A stretch of 64,000 bases of DNA from Candidatus Latescibacterota bacterium. Its GTDB lineage: Bacteria; Latescibacterota; UBA2968; GCA-2709665. The notes under the pieces are model-generated. The model had not been told where the DNA came from, did not search any database, and saw only the letters and a program-made list of their open reading frames with translations. Made by a program: the position numbers and the translations under genes. Location: the NCBI GenBank assembly GCA_965116875.1, contig OZ220733.1:4032001-4096000 (forward strand), given 5' to 3'. The first letter of the stretch is position 1, and each line of letters starts with the position of its first letter. Positions 41,701 through 52,040 of this stretch are shown one piece after another.

Positions 41701-44700
41701 CTACGTTTCCTCGCACCATGCCCGGGCGTTCTGGAAGAGCTGCAGCCAGGGCGAGGCGTTCAGACATCGCTTCCAGGATTCCGGCATCCAGCCCCATTGC
41801 CATTTCAGGAACGTCCGTTCGGGGTGCGGCATCATCGCCAGGTGGCGCCCGTCCGGAGAACACAGGGCGGCGATACCGTGGGGGGAGCCGTTGGGGTTGA
41901 ACGGATAGGCTTCGCTGACGTGGTTCCCGTCGTCGACGTAACGGATTGGCGCCAGGCTGTTCTGAATCACCCTGTCCAGAATGCCGGGGCCGGGAAAATG
42001 GATCCGGCCTTCACCGTGGGCAACCCATATGCCCAGGGAAGCCCCCGCCATATTCCTGAGCATCACGGCCGGACTCTCCTGGACCTGCACGGTAACGAAG
42101 CGTGACTCGAAACGCCCCGATGTATTCTGGATGAAACGCGGTTGGTTCCTTGTCTCGTTTGTCCGCCAGGGCACCCACCCGAGCAGGGCCATTAACTGGC
42201 AGCCGTTACAGACGCCGAGACTGAATGTGTCAGGGCGTTCGGAGAACGACTGAAACTGATCCTGCAGACCCGGATTGAACCGGATGACCCCCGCCCATCC
42301 CTTGGCGGAATCGAGGACGTCCGCGTAGCTGAACCCACCCACAAAGGCGATGCCGCGAAAGGCGTCCAGCCGGACCCGGTCGGCATGCAGATCGGACATG
42401 GTCACGTCCCAGGGCTCCATGCCCGCCACGTGGAACGCCGAGGCCATTTCCCGGTCGCCGTTGCTGCCTTCCTCCCGGACGATGGCAACCGGAATCTTTC
42501 TCCGTGACGCCAGTATCTCCGGCGCAGTCGGCGAAGGCGCGAACGGAAGCGAATACCCGGGCGCCCTGCGCCGCCTCAGCGATAGACGTTCCTGTTCCAC
42601 ACACCTCGGGTTTGCCTGTATCCGTTCGAGACGGTAGCTCGTTTCCTCCCACATGTCTCGCAGATTCGCCACGTCGTCGTTGAGAACGCTCCGACCGTTA
42701 ACGGCGATCCGTACCGATGTGTCCGCCGTGGGTTTGCCAATGGGAATGCAGGGCACGTCTGCCGCGCCGAGGGTCTGGAGAACGTGGGCCTCTTTCTCGG
42801 CGTGCACTTCGATTACCAGGCCCAACTCCTCGGCGAACAGCGATGCGATCGGGTCTGAAGTTGCCGGCAGATCGATGCGGATGCCGCAATTTCCGGCGAA
42901 TGCCATTTCCAACAGACAGGTGACGATGCCGCCATCGCTCCGGTCGTGGCCCGCGGCCACGCTGTCTTCCGCGATGAGCTGCTGTATGGCGTTGAACGCG
43001 CGTTTCAGCAGGCCGGGGTCGTCCACGTCGGGCGGCGTGTCTCCGATCTGGCTGTACACCTGGGCCAGGGCAGAGCCTCCCAGGCGCGCCCTTCCCCCGG
43101 ACAGGTCGACAAACAGCAGGCGTCCCTCATCCGGGTGTTTGAGGTCGGGTGTGACAACCCGGGTGACATCCGGGCAGGTGACATAGGCTGAGACAACCAG
43201 GGCGCCCGGCGCGGTCACGGTCTCGTCGTTCCCGTCAGGCCCGGGCGCAAGCGCGGCCATGGAGAGACTGTCTTTCCCTCCATCGATGGCGATACCCAGT
43301 TCGAGCATCACATCCACGAGGGACCTGGCTGCATCGTATAGCGCGGCGCCCTCGCCCGGCAGTTTGGCAGCCCACATCCAGTTTCCGGAGCATTTGACGT
43401 CTTCAAGCGCGCTCACCCTTGCCCACACCAGATTGGTCAGCGCCTCGCCGACGGTCATCCGCGCCATCGCTTCCGGGTCCAACAGGCCGACCACGGGCTG
43501 CTCCCCGATGGACGTGGCGGCGCCGGTTACGCCGAAATGGCTTTGTGCGATTACGGCCACGTCCGAAACCGTGAGCTGAAGCGGACCCGCGCATTGCTGA
43601 CGGGCAACCAGGCCGGTGACGCTCCGGTCCACCTTGTTCGTCAGAAAACGCTTGGAGCCAACGGACACGAGTCGCAGCACTCTCTTCAATGCGGATTCCA
43701 CGGTGATGTCTTCTGGCAGATCGAGCGGCGTCAATTCGGGTCGCTTGCGATACAGTTCGAAGTTTTTCCGGGGCATGTCGCCCAGCACTCTGTCCAGTTC
43801 CAGGTCAACCGGGGTGGTGTCATCGTTTTCGTCGTAGAGGACAATTCTGCCGTTTCCGGTTACGTGTCCCACAAATGCCGCCGGTATCTTCTCCCGCCTG
43901 CACAGGGCCCTGAACGCCGATTCGTGCCTGGGATGCAGAAGCAGCGCGTCGTTTTCCTGGTATTCGGCGCCCCAGATTTCCAGCACGGAAAGTGACCGGT
44001 CGCCCACGGGCAGGTCGCGAACGTGAATGCGGGCGCCTTCCGGCGCTACGATTTCCTTGAGCACGTTGCAGTTTCCGCCGGCGCCCTGGTCGTGGATGCT
44101 GACGATGGGATTCTGTTCGCCCATTTCAACGCAGGCGCGGATGACGCGGTTTACTTTCTGCTCCATTTCCGCGTCGCCACGCTGCACGGCGTTGAAATCC
44201 AGTTCCGCCGTGTTTTCTCCCTGCACCATCGACGATGCCGCCCCGCCGCCCATCCCGATGCGGTATGCGGGTCCGCCGAGCTTGACCACCCGCATTTTCT
44301 TTTCGGGCTTTCCTTTTGCCGTGTGACGGGCGTCGATCTGACCGATGCCCCCGGTGAACATGATGGGTTTGATCCATTCGCGGCGCTGTCCGTTCGGCAG
44401 TCGCAGGCCGAAAGCGCGTGTATAGCCCTGAATGAGAGGTTCGCCGAATTTGTTCCCGTAGTCCGACGCGCCGTTGCTGGCTTCTATCTCGATCCGGAGG
44501 GGGGATGCGAAATTGCCGGAATACCGGAACGCCCTGTCCTCCCAGGGCATCTCATAGCCGGGGATACGGAGATTGCCCACACAATAGGCCGCGGTACCTG
44601 CGACAACCAGCGAGCCGCGACCGGCGGCATGCACGTCCCGGATACGTCCGCCGGTACCGGTTTCAGCGCCGGGGAATGGCGCGACGCCAGTGGGAAAGTT

Positions 44701-45612
44701 GTGCGTCTCAGCGGTGAAGATGATGTCGTAGTCTCGTTCGGAGTCGGCGAACGGCCCTGGTTCCCCCGGCCTGGCTGGCAGGATGGTCCTCGTGGAATAA
44801 CCTCGTATGCCGCTGGCATTGTCTCTGAACGCGATGCTGCTGTTGCCCGGATTGGCCTGCAGGGGTTGCTGAATCATGCGCATCAGATGGTCCGGCATCT
44901 CTTCGCCGTCGATCCTCAGCCGGCCGCGGAAGAACCAGTGCCGGGAGTGTTCGCTGTTGGACTGGGCGATGTCGAAACACTCCACATTCGTGGGATTTCG
45001 CCGGAAATGGTCCAGAAAGAGGTCTGTATAGTAGTCGAGGTCCCATTCGTCGAAGGCCAGGCCCTGGGTCCTGTTGATTTGCTCCAGCGCCGCTCGGCCC
45101 TCCTGAACGAGCGGAACCTCGGACACAGGCTCCGGTTCCGCGCCGGTTTCGAAGGTCGACAGAGGCGAGGCGTACTCGCATTCGGTCATCCGGTCGTGGA
45201 TCGTATCCAGAAACGCGGTCTTCTGGTCGCGGGTAAGGACGGGCCGGACCAGATAACGCCTGGACCGTTCGATGCGTGTGATTCCCGTAAGTCCGCACGC
45301 CTGGCAGACCGATACGGCATTCGTGGACCAGGCCGTACTGAAGTTCAGGCGTGGTCCAACCTCGATCAGCGTACCCTCCTCGCCCAGAAACGGCGTTGCT
45401 GCGAGTTTTTCCGGTTCGAAGGTCTCACCCAGAAGCCAGGCGAGCCGCTTCCGTTCTTCAGCGGTCAACGTACCGCTCATTTCGACATTGAAGCAAGCTT
45501 CGGTTTCAAGTTGCGCAACACGGTGACAGACGGTCTGCCTGACCTGGTTGAGCAGGGTGTCCGTCTGCGTCCGTGAGAGGTACGGCGTTCGGTATAGATG
45601 AAGAAGACCCAT
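41701..45612 (-). CDS. purL: phosphoribosylformylglycinamidine synthase, large single-chain form
   Basis: [39 protein letters not shown]. Confidence 0.97.
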   Translation of the reverse strand: MGLLHLYRTPYLSRTQTDTLLNQVRQTVCHRVAQLETEACFNVEMSGTLTAEERKRLAWLLGETFEPEKLAATPFLGEEGTLIEVGPRLNFSTAWSTNAVSVCQACGLTGITRIERSRRYLVRPVLTRDQKTAFLDTIHDRMTECEYASPLSTFETGAEPEPVSEVPLVQEGRAALEQINRTQGLAFDEWDLDYYTDLFLDHFRRNPTNVECFDIAQSNSEHSRHWFFRGRLRIDGEEMPDHLMRMIQQPLQANPGNSSIAFRDNASGIRGYSTRTILPARPGEPGPFADSERDYDIIFTAETHNFPTGVAPFPGAETGTGGRIRDVHAAGRGSLVVAGTAAYCVGNLRIPGYEMPWEDRAFRYSGNFASPLRIEIEASNGASDYGNKFGEPLIQGYTRAFGLRLPNGQRREWIKPIMFTGGIGQIDARHTAKGKPEKKMRVVKLGGPAYRIGMGGGAASSMVQGENTAELDFNAVQRGDAEMEQKVNRVIRACVEMGEQNPIVSIHDQGAGGNCNVLKEIVAPEGARIHVRDLPVGDRSLSVLEIWGAEYQENDALLLHPRHESAFRALCRREKIPAAFVGHVTGNGRIVLYDENDDTTPVDLELDRVLGDMPRKNFELYRKRPELTPLDLPEDITVESALKRVLRLVSVGSKRFLTNKVDRSVTGLVARQQCAGPLQLTVSDVAVIAQSHFGVTGAATSIGEQPVVGLLDPEAMARMTVGEALTNLVWARVSALEDVKCSGNWMWAAKLPGEGAALYDAARSLVDVMLELGIAIDGGKDSLSMAALAPGPDGNDETVTAPGALVVSAYVTCPDVTRVVTPDLKHPDEGRLLFVDLSGGRARLGGSALAQVYSQIGDTPPDVDDPGLLKRAFNAIQQLIAEDSVAAGHDRSDGGIVTCLLEMAFAGNCGIRIDLPATSDPIASLFAEELGLVIEVHAEKEAHVLQTLGAADVPCIPIGKPTADTSVRIAVNGRSVLNDDVANLRDMWEETSYRLERIQANPRCVEQERLSLRRRRAPGYSLPFAPSPTAPEILASRRKIPVAIVREEGSNGDREMASAFHVAGMEPWDVTMSDLHADRVRLDAFRGIAFVGGFSYADVLDSAKGWAGVIRFNPGLQDQFQSFSERPDTFSLGVCNGCQLMALLGWVPWRTNETRNQPRFIQNTSGRFESRFVTVQVQESPAVMLRNMAGASLGIWVAHGEGRIHFPGPGILDRVIQNSLAPIRYVDDGNHVSEAYPFNPNGSPHGIAALCSPDGRHLAMMPHPERTFLKWQWGWMPESWKRCLNASPWLQLFQNARAWCEET

Positions 45613-45639
45613 CAATTCCTTTCCGGCGCCGTTAAATAG

Positions 45640-45801
45640 GAAGCTGTGTTAGAATTCCCTGTGAGTTCCCGAGCGCGAGCGAAAAAGTGACGGTCAAGGC
45701 GGGCGAATTCGCCCACATTTGTGTATATCGGCGAATTTGACCAACGCCGACCGGCGCTTTTGCAGCCGCGCGAAGACCGTTGGGGATTCTAATACAGCTT
45801 C
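45640..45801. mobile_element. family B MITE-like element, 162 bp
   Basis: 20 bp TIRs GAAGCTGTGTTAGAATTCCC / GGGGATTCTAATACAGCTTC (18/20); ~87% identical (manual count) to the reverse complement of 52782-52943. Confidence 0.8.
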
Positions 45802-46527
45802 TTAAGCGCCGATAGGGGAGGGTAGCAACTCCGGCAGGGATCTGATGATTCGATCCGGACGGGTTCCACTGTCTTCGGGCAGACCAGTCCCCTTTGCGTC
45901 GTTCCATACGCAATAGATGCCCAGTTTCCGAGGAACAGCGACCTCCCACTCCAGGTTGTCGCCCACGATCCAGGCATCTCCGGGCGTTGCGTCCAGGAGG
46001 CGCAGCGCATCCATATAGATTCGTGTATCCGGTTTGCCGTAGCCACATTCTCCTTCGATGAGGATGGCGTCGAAGAAGGGCGCAAGATTGAATCTGTGTA
46101 TCTTGTCCCGCTGGGGTTCGGCGCCGCCATTGGTTACCAGGGCCATCCGCACACCGCGTGCCCGAAGCTTGCGAAGCGTTTCGATGGCGCCCGGAAACGG
46201 TTTTATCGTCTTCCCGCGTTCACGTTCGTACAACTGTGCGATCGTTCCCGCCAACTCCCAGTTCTCAACGCCGAGATGGCACAGGCCATGGTGGACAACA
46301 CGCTGAGTTGCAAGGGGCATGTTCTGGCGGTTCGCACGGTGCCGTTCGGGATCGGCCCAAAACCACGTTCGGGCTTCGGTCAGCGTCCTGTACAGTTCCT
46401 CCGCACCGACCCCCTCAATTCTGCCAGCTGCATCGCCGCAGACCCGTTTCCAGCATGGTCCCGCGTACGTGGAATAGGAGACGATCGTGTCGTCCAGATC
46501 CATAAGCATCGCGACGGGCAAAGTCAA
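45802..46527 (-). CDS. HAD-superfamily hydrolase
   Basis: DLDDT, VTNG, GKPD, VGDNLEWE; TTG start at 46527 inferred. Confidence 0.88.
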   Translation of the reverse strand: MTLPVAMLMDLDDTIVSYSTYAGPCWKRVCGDAAGRIEGVGAEELYRTLTEARTWFWADPERHRANRQNMPLATQRVVHHGLCHLGVENWELAGTIAQLYERERGKTIKPFPGAIETLRKLRARGVRMALVTNGGAEPQRDKIHRFNLAPFFDAILIEGECGYGKPDTRIYMDALRLLDATPGDAWIVGDNLEWEVAVPRKLGIYCVWNDAKGTGLPEDSGTRPDRIIRSLPELLPSPIGA

Positions 46528-46775
46528 AACGGAGTCCCTGGTCAGGGTCGATTGGTTCGCGGCGTCCACACCGGAGCCCGCGGGGTAAGGCAGCGCCGGA
46601 GCCGGAACGGCCCGAGAGATATTAGTATACCATACCATATATTGCAAATTTATAAATTTGATAAAATCAATAAATAATTTTTATTATAACACCATGTGCG
46701 GTTGAGACGTTCCGTTCCGGTTCCACGGGCGCCAGGTCACACGTGCCCCGGCTGATGCACCGAATCTGATTTTGG

Positions 46776-46804
46776 TTGACAATCCGATCTGCAGTTTCTA
46801 TTAT
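46776..46804 (+). promoter_or_regulatory. sigma70-like promoter of the aldo/keto reductase
   Basis: TTGACA-17-TATTAT. Confidence 0.65.
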
Positions 46805-46912
46805 TGCCTCAGTATCCGAGTGATACTGAATTCGGCCTTCGAGGGGATCGCCGGGAGGGAGCCTTCGAGGGCCGTTTTGACATGGTGGTGGACTGACCGG
46901 GTGGGGGTACCC

Positions 46913-47909
46913 ATGAAGTGCCGCGCGCTCTGTAAGGACGGCCCACGGATTTCGGAGGTCGGATTCGGCGCTCTGTAAGGACGGCCCACGGATTTCGGAG
47001 GTCGGATTCGGCGCAGGACCGTTTCGGGGGTTGGACTGGGGACCCGTAAACGACGAGACGTCCGTTTGTGCCGTACACCGGGCGCTCGATGTCGGCGTGA
47101 CGCTTTTCGATACGGCGGACGCATACGGAAACGGTCGCAGCGAACGGGTTCTCGGCAGGGCGCTGGAAGGAAGGCGCGAGCATGTCGTACTCGCAACCAA
47201 GGGCGGCTGGTGGTACGTAGACGGTGCGCCCTGCTGTGATTTTTCGACAGTCTACCTCATCCGGGCGTTGCAGGCCAGCCTGCAGTGTCTGCGAACGGAC
47301 TATATCGATCTCTACTATATCCACGATCCGGATACGGAGACCCTTCAGCGGGGCGGTGTTTTTGAATTTCTGACAAGGATGAAGGAAGCCGGTACGATCC
47401 GTTTGGCAGGTGTATCGATCGATACGGCTGAACAGGCGCGCCTCTGCATTGAATCCCGCTGTGTGGATGTAATACAGATCTACTATAGTATCCTGGACCA
47501 GCGTCCGGACCCCGAACTGTTTGAGGCGGCGCGAAACGCAGGCGTTGGCACGGTGATCAAGGCGCCGCTGGCAAGAGGCTTGCTGAGCGGGAAATACGGC
47601 AGGGATGCCCGATTTCCCAGGGGGGACTTCCGGGAAAACTGGCGGATGAAAGGGCGATTGCAACCGACCCTGGCCCGGGTGGCCAGGGTGGAGGCGCTGG
47701 TGCGCGGCCGGAGTCCTTCACTTGCACAGACGGCGCTCCGATTCGTGCTGAGCCATCCGGACGTATCGTGCGTGATCCCTGGCGCCAAGACGCCCGGGCA
47801 GGCCGAGGCGAACGCCGCGGCATCCGGAATGGGTCCGCTGGACGAAGTCGACCTCGATGCGTTGAAGATGCTGTACCGGGAAATGGGCGGGCCGATCGAC
47901 GCACGATAG
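46913..47909 (+). pseudogene. aldo/keto reductase frameshifted by a 43 bp duplication
   Basis: MKCRAL..ISEVGFGA joins GPFRGLDW..FDTADAYG..ATKGG..DYIDLYYIH only if one 43 bp unit is removed; otherwise TAA at 46976-46978. Confidence 0.85.
46925..47014. repeat. perfect 43 bp tandem duplication
   Basis: 46925-46967 = 46968-47010, bounded by GCGC microhomology. Confidence 0.97.
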
Positions 47910-47972
47910 CAGTCCGTTGATCAAGTCGCTCTTCAGGCCTGCCAGTGAAGTCTTGGCAGGCAGGCGGGGCCG
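47910..47972. mobile_element. family A end fragment (inverted) with nested mini-palindrome
   Basis: CAGTCCGTTGATCAAGTCGCTCTTCAGG matches 25/28 the reverse complement of the family A right end; directly after the TAG stop. Confidence 0.65.
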
Positions 47973-47984
47973 CCCCCACGGCAT

Positions 47985-48044
47985 TGGCATCCGAAAACGA
48001 AAAGGGCGGGGTGCAAACCCCGCCCTTTTCGTTTTCGGATGCCA
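47985..48044. terminator. perfect 28 bp hairpin with GCAA loop, probable bidirectional terminator
   Basis: TGGCATCCGAAAACGAAAAGGGCGGGGT-GCAA-exact complement, between convergent genes. Confidence 0.8.
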
Positions 48045-48059
48045 TACGCAGACGTGAAT

Positions 48060-48245
48060 TCAATCGGCCGCGATACCCAGATGTTCCACGCCCGAACCCG
48101 TATCGCCCGTCGACGCCTGCCTGGCCTGCTTCATAAACTTCGCGATACGCACCTGAAGGTTTTTGGCCTGCAACTCGAACCGGTCCAACTCGTCCACAAG
48201 ATCCTCATAGTCGAGGCGAGGCTCAACACCCGTGCGGTTCGCCAT
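48060..48245 (-). CDS. 61 aa hypothetical protein (helical/coiled-coil-like)
   Basis: AAGGGAG RBS, own promoter (48331-48359) and downstream terminator. Confidence 0.65.
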   Translation of the reverse strand: MANRTGVEPRLDYEDLVDELDRFELQAKNLQVRIAKFMKQARQASTGDTGSGVEHLGIAAD

Positions 48246-48330
48246 ACTACGCTCCCTTCGTTCTAGGGGAATCAGGGAGAGGGGGGAGGTGAATGCCGTT
48301 CAATCCTGCTTGATGTACGTGAGGGATCAG

Positions 48331-48359
48331 AATATAGGACAGGGCGCGGATCGGGTCAA
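48331..48359 (-). promoter_or_regulatory. sigma70-like promoter of the 61 aa ORF
   Basis: TTGACC-17-TATATT on minus strand. Confidence 0.55.
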
Positions 48360-48390
48360 GAGCAAAGGCGAAAAAAGGGGATTTTCGCGG

Positions 48391-49320
48391 TCAATGCGGC
48401 CGCTGGTCCATGAGGTCCCGGATCTGTGTTTCACTCGGCAGTGCGGACTGCGCTCCGAGCCGGGTAACCGCGAGGGCGCCGGCGCAGTTGGCATAGGCGA
48501 CCGCGTCGGCAAGTGAACGCGTTTGTCCGAGTGCGGCGGCGAGGGCGCCGTTGAAGGCGTCGCCGGCGCCGGTGGTGTCGCGGGCGTCGACCGTCGGCGC
48601 GGGGACCATTGCGGTTTCCCGATCCGTCGCAAGAAGCGCGCCGCGCGCGCCAAGGGTGATGATGACGTTGTTCACGCCGCGGTTCATCAGGATGTCCGCT
48701 GCCTGGCGGGCGGTTTTTTCGGAGTCCGGCAGAATACCGGTGAGTATCTCTGTTTCCGTTTCATTCGGCGTCAGGAGAAACAGGTCCGAAAGCAACTGCC
48801 AGGGCAGCTTGCGCCCGGGCGCCGGGTTGAGTATCACCGGAACACCGTGTTCTTTCGCGAGTCCCGTCGCATGCAGAACCGTCGGCAACGGCGTTTCAAG
48901 CTGAAGCAGGCAGATGGAAACGCGTTCGAGAAGGGCGGCGGCGGCGTCGACCTGAACCGGGGACAGGGCTGCGTTGGCGCCCGGAACCACCGCGATGACG
49001 TTCTCACCCCTTCCATCCACCAGAATTGTGGCAATACCGGAAGCCAGGTCCGGATCTCTCAAGACATACGTCGTGTCGATCCCCTCCGCCTCCAGGCAGC
49101 GGAGGGCCTGGAGGCCGAATGCATCGCTGCCAATCCTGGCAATGAAGGTTACATGCGCGCCGGCGCGGGCCGCGGCTACCGCCTGATTTGCGCCCTTTCC
49201 TCCCGGCAACGTCGAAAACGCATCCGCCATAACGGTCTGGCCGGGGCTGGGCAGGCGCTCCGTCTGAACGATCAGATCCGTATTGGAACTGCCGATTACC
49301 AGAACGTGGGCACGTGACAC
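48391..49320 (-). CDS. rbsK: ribokinase
   Basis: GSSNTD, GGKGANQAVA, NPAP, PNETE, DTTGAGD; GTG start with GGAG RBS. Confidence 0.93.
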   Translation of the reverse strand: MSRAHVLVIGSSNTDLIVQTERLPSPGQTVMADAFSTLPGGKGANQAVAAARAGAHVTFIARIGSDAFGLQALRCLEAEGIDTTYVLRDPDLASGIATILVDGRGENVIAVVPGANAALSPVQVDAAAALLERVSICLLQLETPLPTVLHATGLAKEHGVPVILNPAPGRKLPWQLLSDLFLLTPNETETEILTGILPDSEKTARQAADILMNRGVNNVIITLGARGALLATDRETAMVPAPTVDARDTTGAGDAFNGALAAALGQTRSLADAVAYANCAGALAVTRLGAQSALPSETQIRDLMDQRPH

Positions 49321-49529
49321 GATGGCGATCTCCGAAAGTGTCGACTGTCGGCGAACCGGACAGCGGCGCCGGCACGGAGTGCGAGTGTGTGCGTTTGTCC
49401 CGATCCGTCCACGCCTGATCGCCTCAGAAGCCAATTCAAGACGGAGTTCAAGGTAACCCGTTACGACCGCGCTCGTCAAGACGAACTTTAACGAATCAAG
49501 TCCCGTGATAGCGAAGCACGCCGTCTTCA

Positions 49530-49622
49530 GAAAAAGCCTTGAATTCCCCGCCGGTCTGCGCGCCTGCCTGCAGCGTACTTCGCTGCAGGCAGGCAGGTCG
49601 GCGGGAATTTCAAAACAGCTTC
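49530..49622. repeat. 93 bp fold-back with family B-like right end and central 14 bp perfect palindrome
   Basis: Ends GGGAATTTCAAAACAGCTTC; core GCCTGCCTGCAGCG-TACTT-CGCTGCAGGCAGGC. Confidence 0.6.
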
Positions 49623-49928
49623 TCATTGTATTTCCTTGACTTGCCTGTGGCGTTTGCTTAAGTTTTTTCGATCTGTGGACGAAAACGGCGCAGGCACGGC
49701 GGCTTTTCGTGTTTTCGGTCTGGCGGCGCAGGAGGATTTCCTCCGGATTTTGATTGGAACCGTCCGCCGGTTTCCAGAGTCAAAGGTAGGAGTGTCGGAC
49801 ATACCCATTGGCTCCACGGAGTGCGCCACTCGAAAACGCACGGGTCTCCGGGTGACCGATTGCGCCGACCGTTCGGGGTTGGGATCAACACGGCCCCGAT
49901 TTTCTGTTATTGCACGATGGGTACGGGT

Positions 49929-50750
49929 ATGATGAAGCGGAGTGTTTTCATACTGTGTAGTCTTGGCCTGCTGTCAATGGCCGGATGCGCGCAGAACAGG
50001 TATCGCCATCCCAGCGCCGACGTTTATCTGGATAAGGCGAATGAGGAGCTGGAGAAAAAGAATTGCTGGGAGGCGCAGAAGTTGCTCCGGAATCTGCTTT
50101 CGGACTTTCCCGGTTCCCATCTTGTCGATCGCGCCCAATACAAGTTGGGTTTCGCGTATCTGTGCGATAAGGACTACGTAACCGCCGTGTTCGAGTTCGA
50201 GCGCCTGCTGAATGAGTTTCCTACCAGTCCGTTTGTCGATCAGGCGCGGTATCAGATCGGCGTGTGTTATTATCGGCAGTCCCGAGGGATCCACCACGAC
50301 CAGGACGAGACGCACAAGGCCATCCGGGAATTCGAACGATTTATCGAGGATTTCCCCGACAGCGATCTCGTACCTGGCACCCGTGAAAGAATCCTGGAAC
50401 TTCGAACGAAGTTGGCGCGGAAGAAACTGATGGTTGCCGAGAACTACATTCAGTGGGATATGTACGAATCCGCAGGGCGTTATTGCGAGATTGTCCTCAA
50501 TGAATTCGACGATACGGCGCTCGTTTCGAGAGCACGTTTTCTTCTTGCCCGGACGAAGCATCGCACGGGAGCCCTGGACGAAGCACTTGAAATGTTGAGG
50601 CTCCTGGCCGCGGACGGCGTTCAGGATGAACTGAAACAGAATATTGCGGAAGAGATACGGCAGATCGAGAAGACCCGGGCACAGCAGAACAACGAACTGC
50701 GAAAGCCCACGGAGAAGCCAAACGGTTCCAGCGCCGCAAATACCCGGTGA
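49929..50750 (+). CDS. bamD: outer membrane protein assembly factor BamD
   Basis: Lipobox MAGC, TPR-like repeats, FPxS motifs, HDQDET. Confidence 0.85.
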   Translation: MMKRSVFILCSLGLLSMAGCAQNRYRHPSADVYLDKANEELEKKNCWEAQKLLRNLLSDFPGSHLVDRAQYKLGFAYLCDKDYVTAVFEFERLLNEFPTSPFVDQARYQIGVCYYRQSRGIHHDQDETHKAIREFERFIEDFPDSDLVPGTRERILELRTKLARKKLMVAENYIQWDMYESAGRYCEIVLNEFDDTALVSRARFLLARTKHRTGALDEALEMLRLLAADGVQDELKQNIAEEIRQIEKTRAQQNNELRKPTEKPNGSSAANTR

Positions 50751-50756
50751 GGTGGA

Positions 50757-51344
50757 ATGGACGGCAGGATCGGCATCCTCGGCGGAACGTTCGATCCGAT
50801 TCATCTCGGCCATCTGATCATCGCACAGGAGGCGTTGGCAACGTGTCGTCTGGATCGGGTTCTGTTCGTTCCCTCGGCGGACCCTCCCCACAAGAGCGTT
50901 GCCGACGTGGCGCCGGCGGAGGCACGCGCCAGAATGGTGGCGCTTGCCCTGGATGGACAGCCCCGGTTTGAACTTTGCCGGATTGAACTGGATCGAACCG
51001 GCAAGTCGTATACAGTAGAGACGCTCCGGCAGTTGTGCCGCGAACTGGGTTCCGGGAATGAGCTTTATCTCATCATCGGCGCGGACAGCGCGGTGGAAAT
51101 GTCGACGTGGTGCGACCCCCAGGTCGTTCTGGATCTCGCCCGGGTTACGGTAATGGGCCGGCCGGGCTTTCTGCCGGATGATGTAGACGATCCGATTGCC
51201 GCACGGATGTGTTTTCTGGATTCCCCGCTTCTCGAAGTCTCCTCCACTCAGATCCGTTCCCGTGTTCGTACGGGCTTACCCATCCGGTACTGGGTTCCGG
51301 ACAACGTCGCTCGATTCATCGAAACCCACGGCCTCTACCGATAG
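50757..51344 (+). CDS. nadD: nicotinate-nucleotide adenylyltransferase
   Basis: GGTFDPIHLGH, PPHK, SYT, IGADS, SSTQIR. Confidence 0.96.
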   Translation: MDGRIGILGGTFDPIHLGHLIIAQEALATCRLDRVLFVPSADPPHKSVADVAPAEARARMVALALDGQPRFELCRIELDRTGKSYTVETLRQLCRELGSGNELYLIIGADSAVEMSTWCDPQVVLDLARVTVMGRPGFLPDDVDDPIAARMCFLDSPLLEVSSTQIRSRVRTGLPIRYWVPDNVARFIETHGLYR

Positions 51345-51359
51345 AATAGCGAGCAATCA

Positions 51360-51626
51360 ATGGTCGAACCGCCGGAGGACCATACACAAAGCAGCGCACA
51401 ACTCGGCGGCAAACCCGAGGGGCGAATCCAGCGGTATTTCTGTATGGACGACGAAAAATACCACGCACTCGCAAGGGTTTCCAAAGACGCGACGGTATTG
51501 CGCCAAATCCCCATGCGGATTCGGGTCATGGGCAAGGACGTGGACGGATGGGTTGTTGAGGTCAGGGTACCCGCAACGGATGGCGTGGTACGTGTGGACC
51601 CGCTCGAAGGCGCGGACAAGATCTGA
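51360..51626 (+). CDS. hypothetical protein
   Basis: Fills the nadD-zapA gap on the operon strand; start uncertain. Confidence 0.55.
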   Translation: MVEPPEDHTQSSAQLGGKPEGRIQRYFCMDDEKYHALARVSKDATVLRQIPMRIRVMGKDVDGWVVEVRVPATDGVVRVDPLEGADKI

Positions 51627-51665
51627 CTTCGGCGCCGACGCGACGCGGACAGTTGAGGAGGGAGG

Positions 51666-51995
51666 ATGTTACTGACCGACGGCCTTAACCGTGGTGAGAC
51701 GACATTTGTAACGATCTATGGGCGTCAATACCCCGTCCAGAGCCGGGAGTCGGCTGAGTATACCCACCGGGTTGCTGAACTGGTCGATCGCCGGATGAAG
51801 GAGATCGCTTCTCAGCAGAAACTGGCTGAACCCACGAAAATAGCCATAATTGCGGCATTGGATATCGCCGACAGGCTGCTGAAGGTTCGCAAGGGACGGG
51901 AAGCGGCGGGACGGCAGGCCGAGCAGGTGGCCGCGCGGCTGACAATGATGCTGGACGATGAAGATGGTCGCGCGTCGCAGTCCGCAAGTGACTGA
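51666..51995 (+). CDS. zapA: cell division protein ZapA
   Basis: VTIYGRQY, VDRRMKEI, IAIIAALDIA, C-terminal coiled coil; GGAGG RBS. Confidence 0.85.
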   Translation: MLLTDGLNRGETTFVTIYGRQYPVQSRESAEYTHRVAELVDRRMKEIASQQKLAEPTKIAIIAALDIADRLLKVRKGREAAGRQAEQVAARLTMMLDDEDGRASQSASD

Positions 51996-52040
51996 TCGCG
52001 GGGACCCGCGGTGGAATCGAACGGGCAGGGCGACGGCGAT

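Noticed and set aside
41701-45612. Large single-chain PurL as evidence of horizontal transfer
   Set aside because: This form occurs in several bacterial phyla; cannot be judged without a phylogeny
45632-46048. Similar peptides in ORFs at 45632, 52751 and 52849 (e.g. AAKAPVGVGQI)
   Set aside because: Translations of the family B repeat, not a protein family
46658-46670. FNR box
   Set aside because: Spacing is TTGAT-N3-ATCAA, whereas FNR requires N4
46925-47014. Direct repeat as a possible CRISPR array
   Set aside because: Two abutting copies with no spacer, inside a gene; no cas genes
51996-52040. 6S RNA expected downstream of zapA
   Set aside because: Only 45 bp before the convergent GT2 stop; no room
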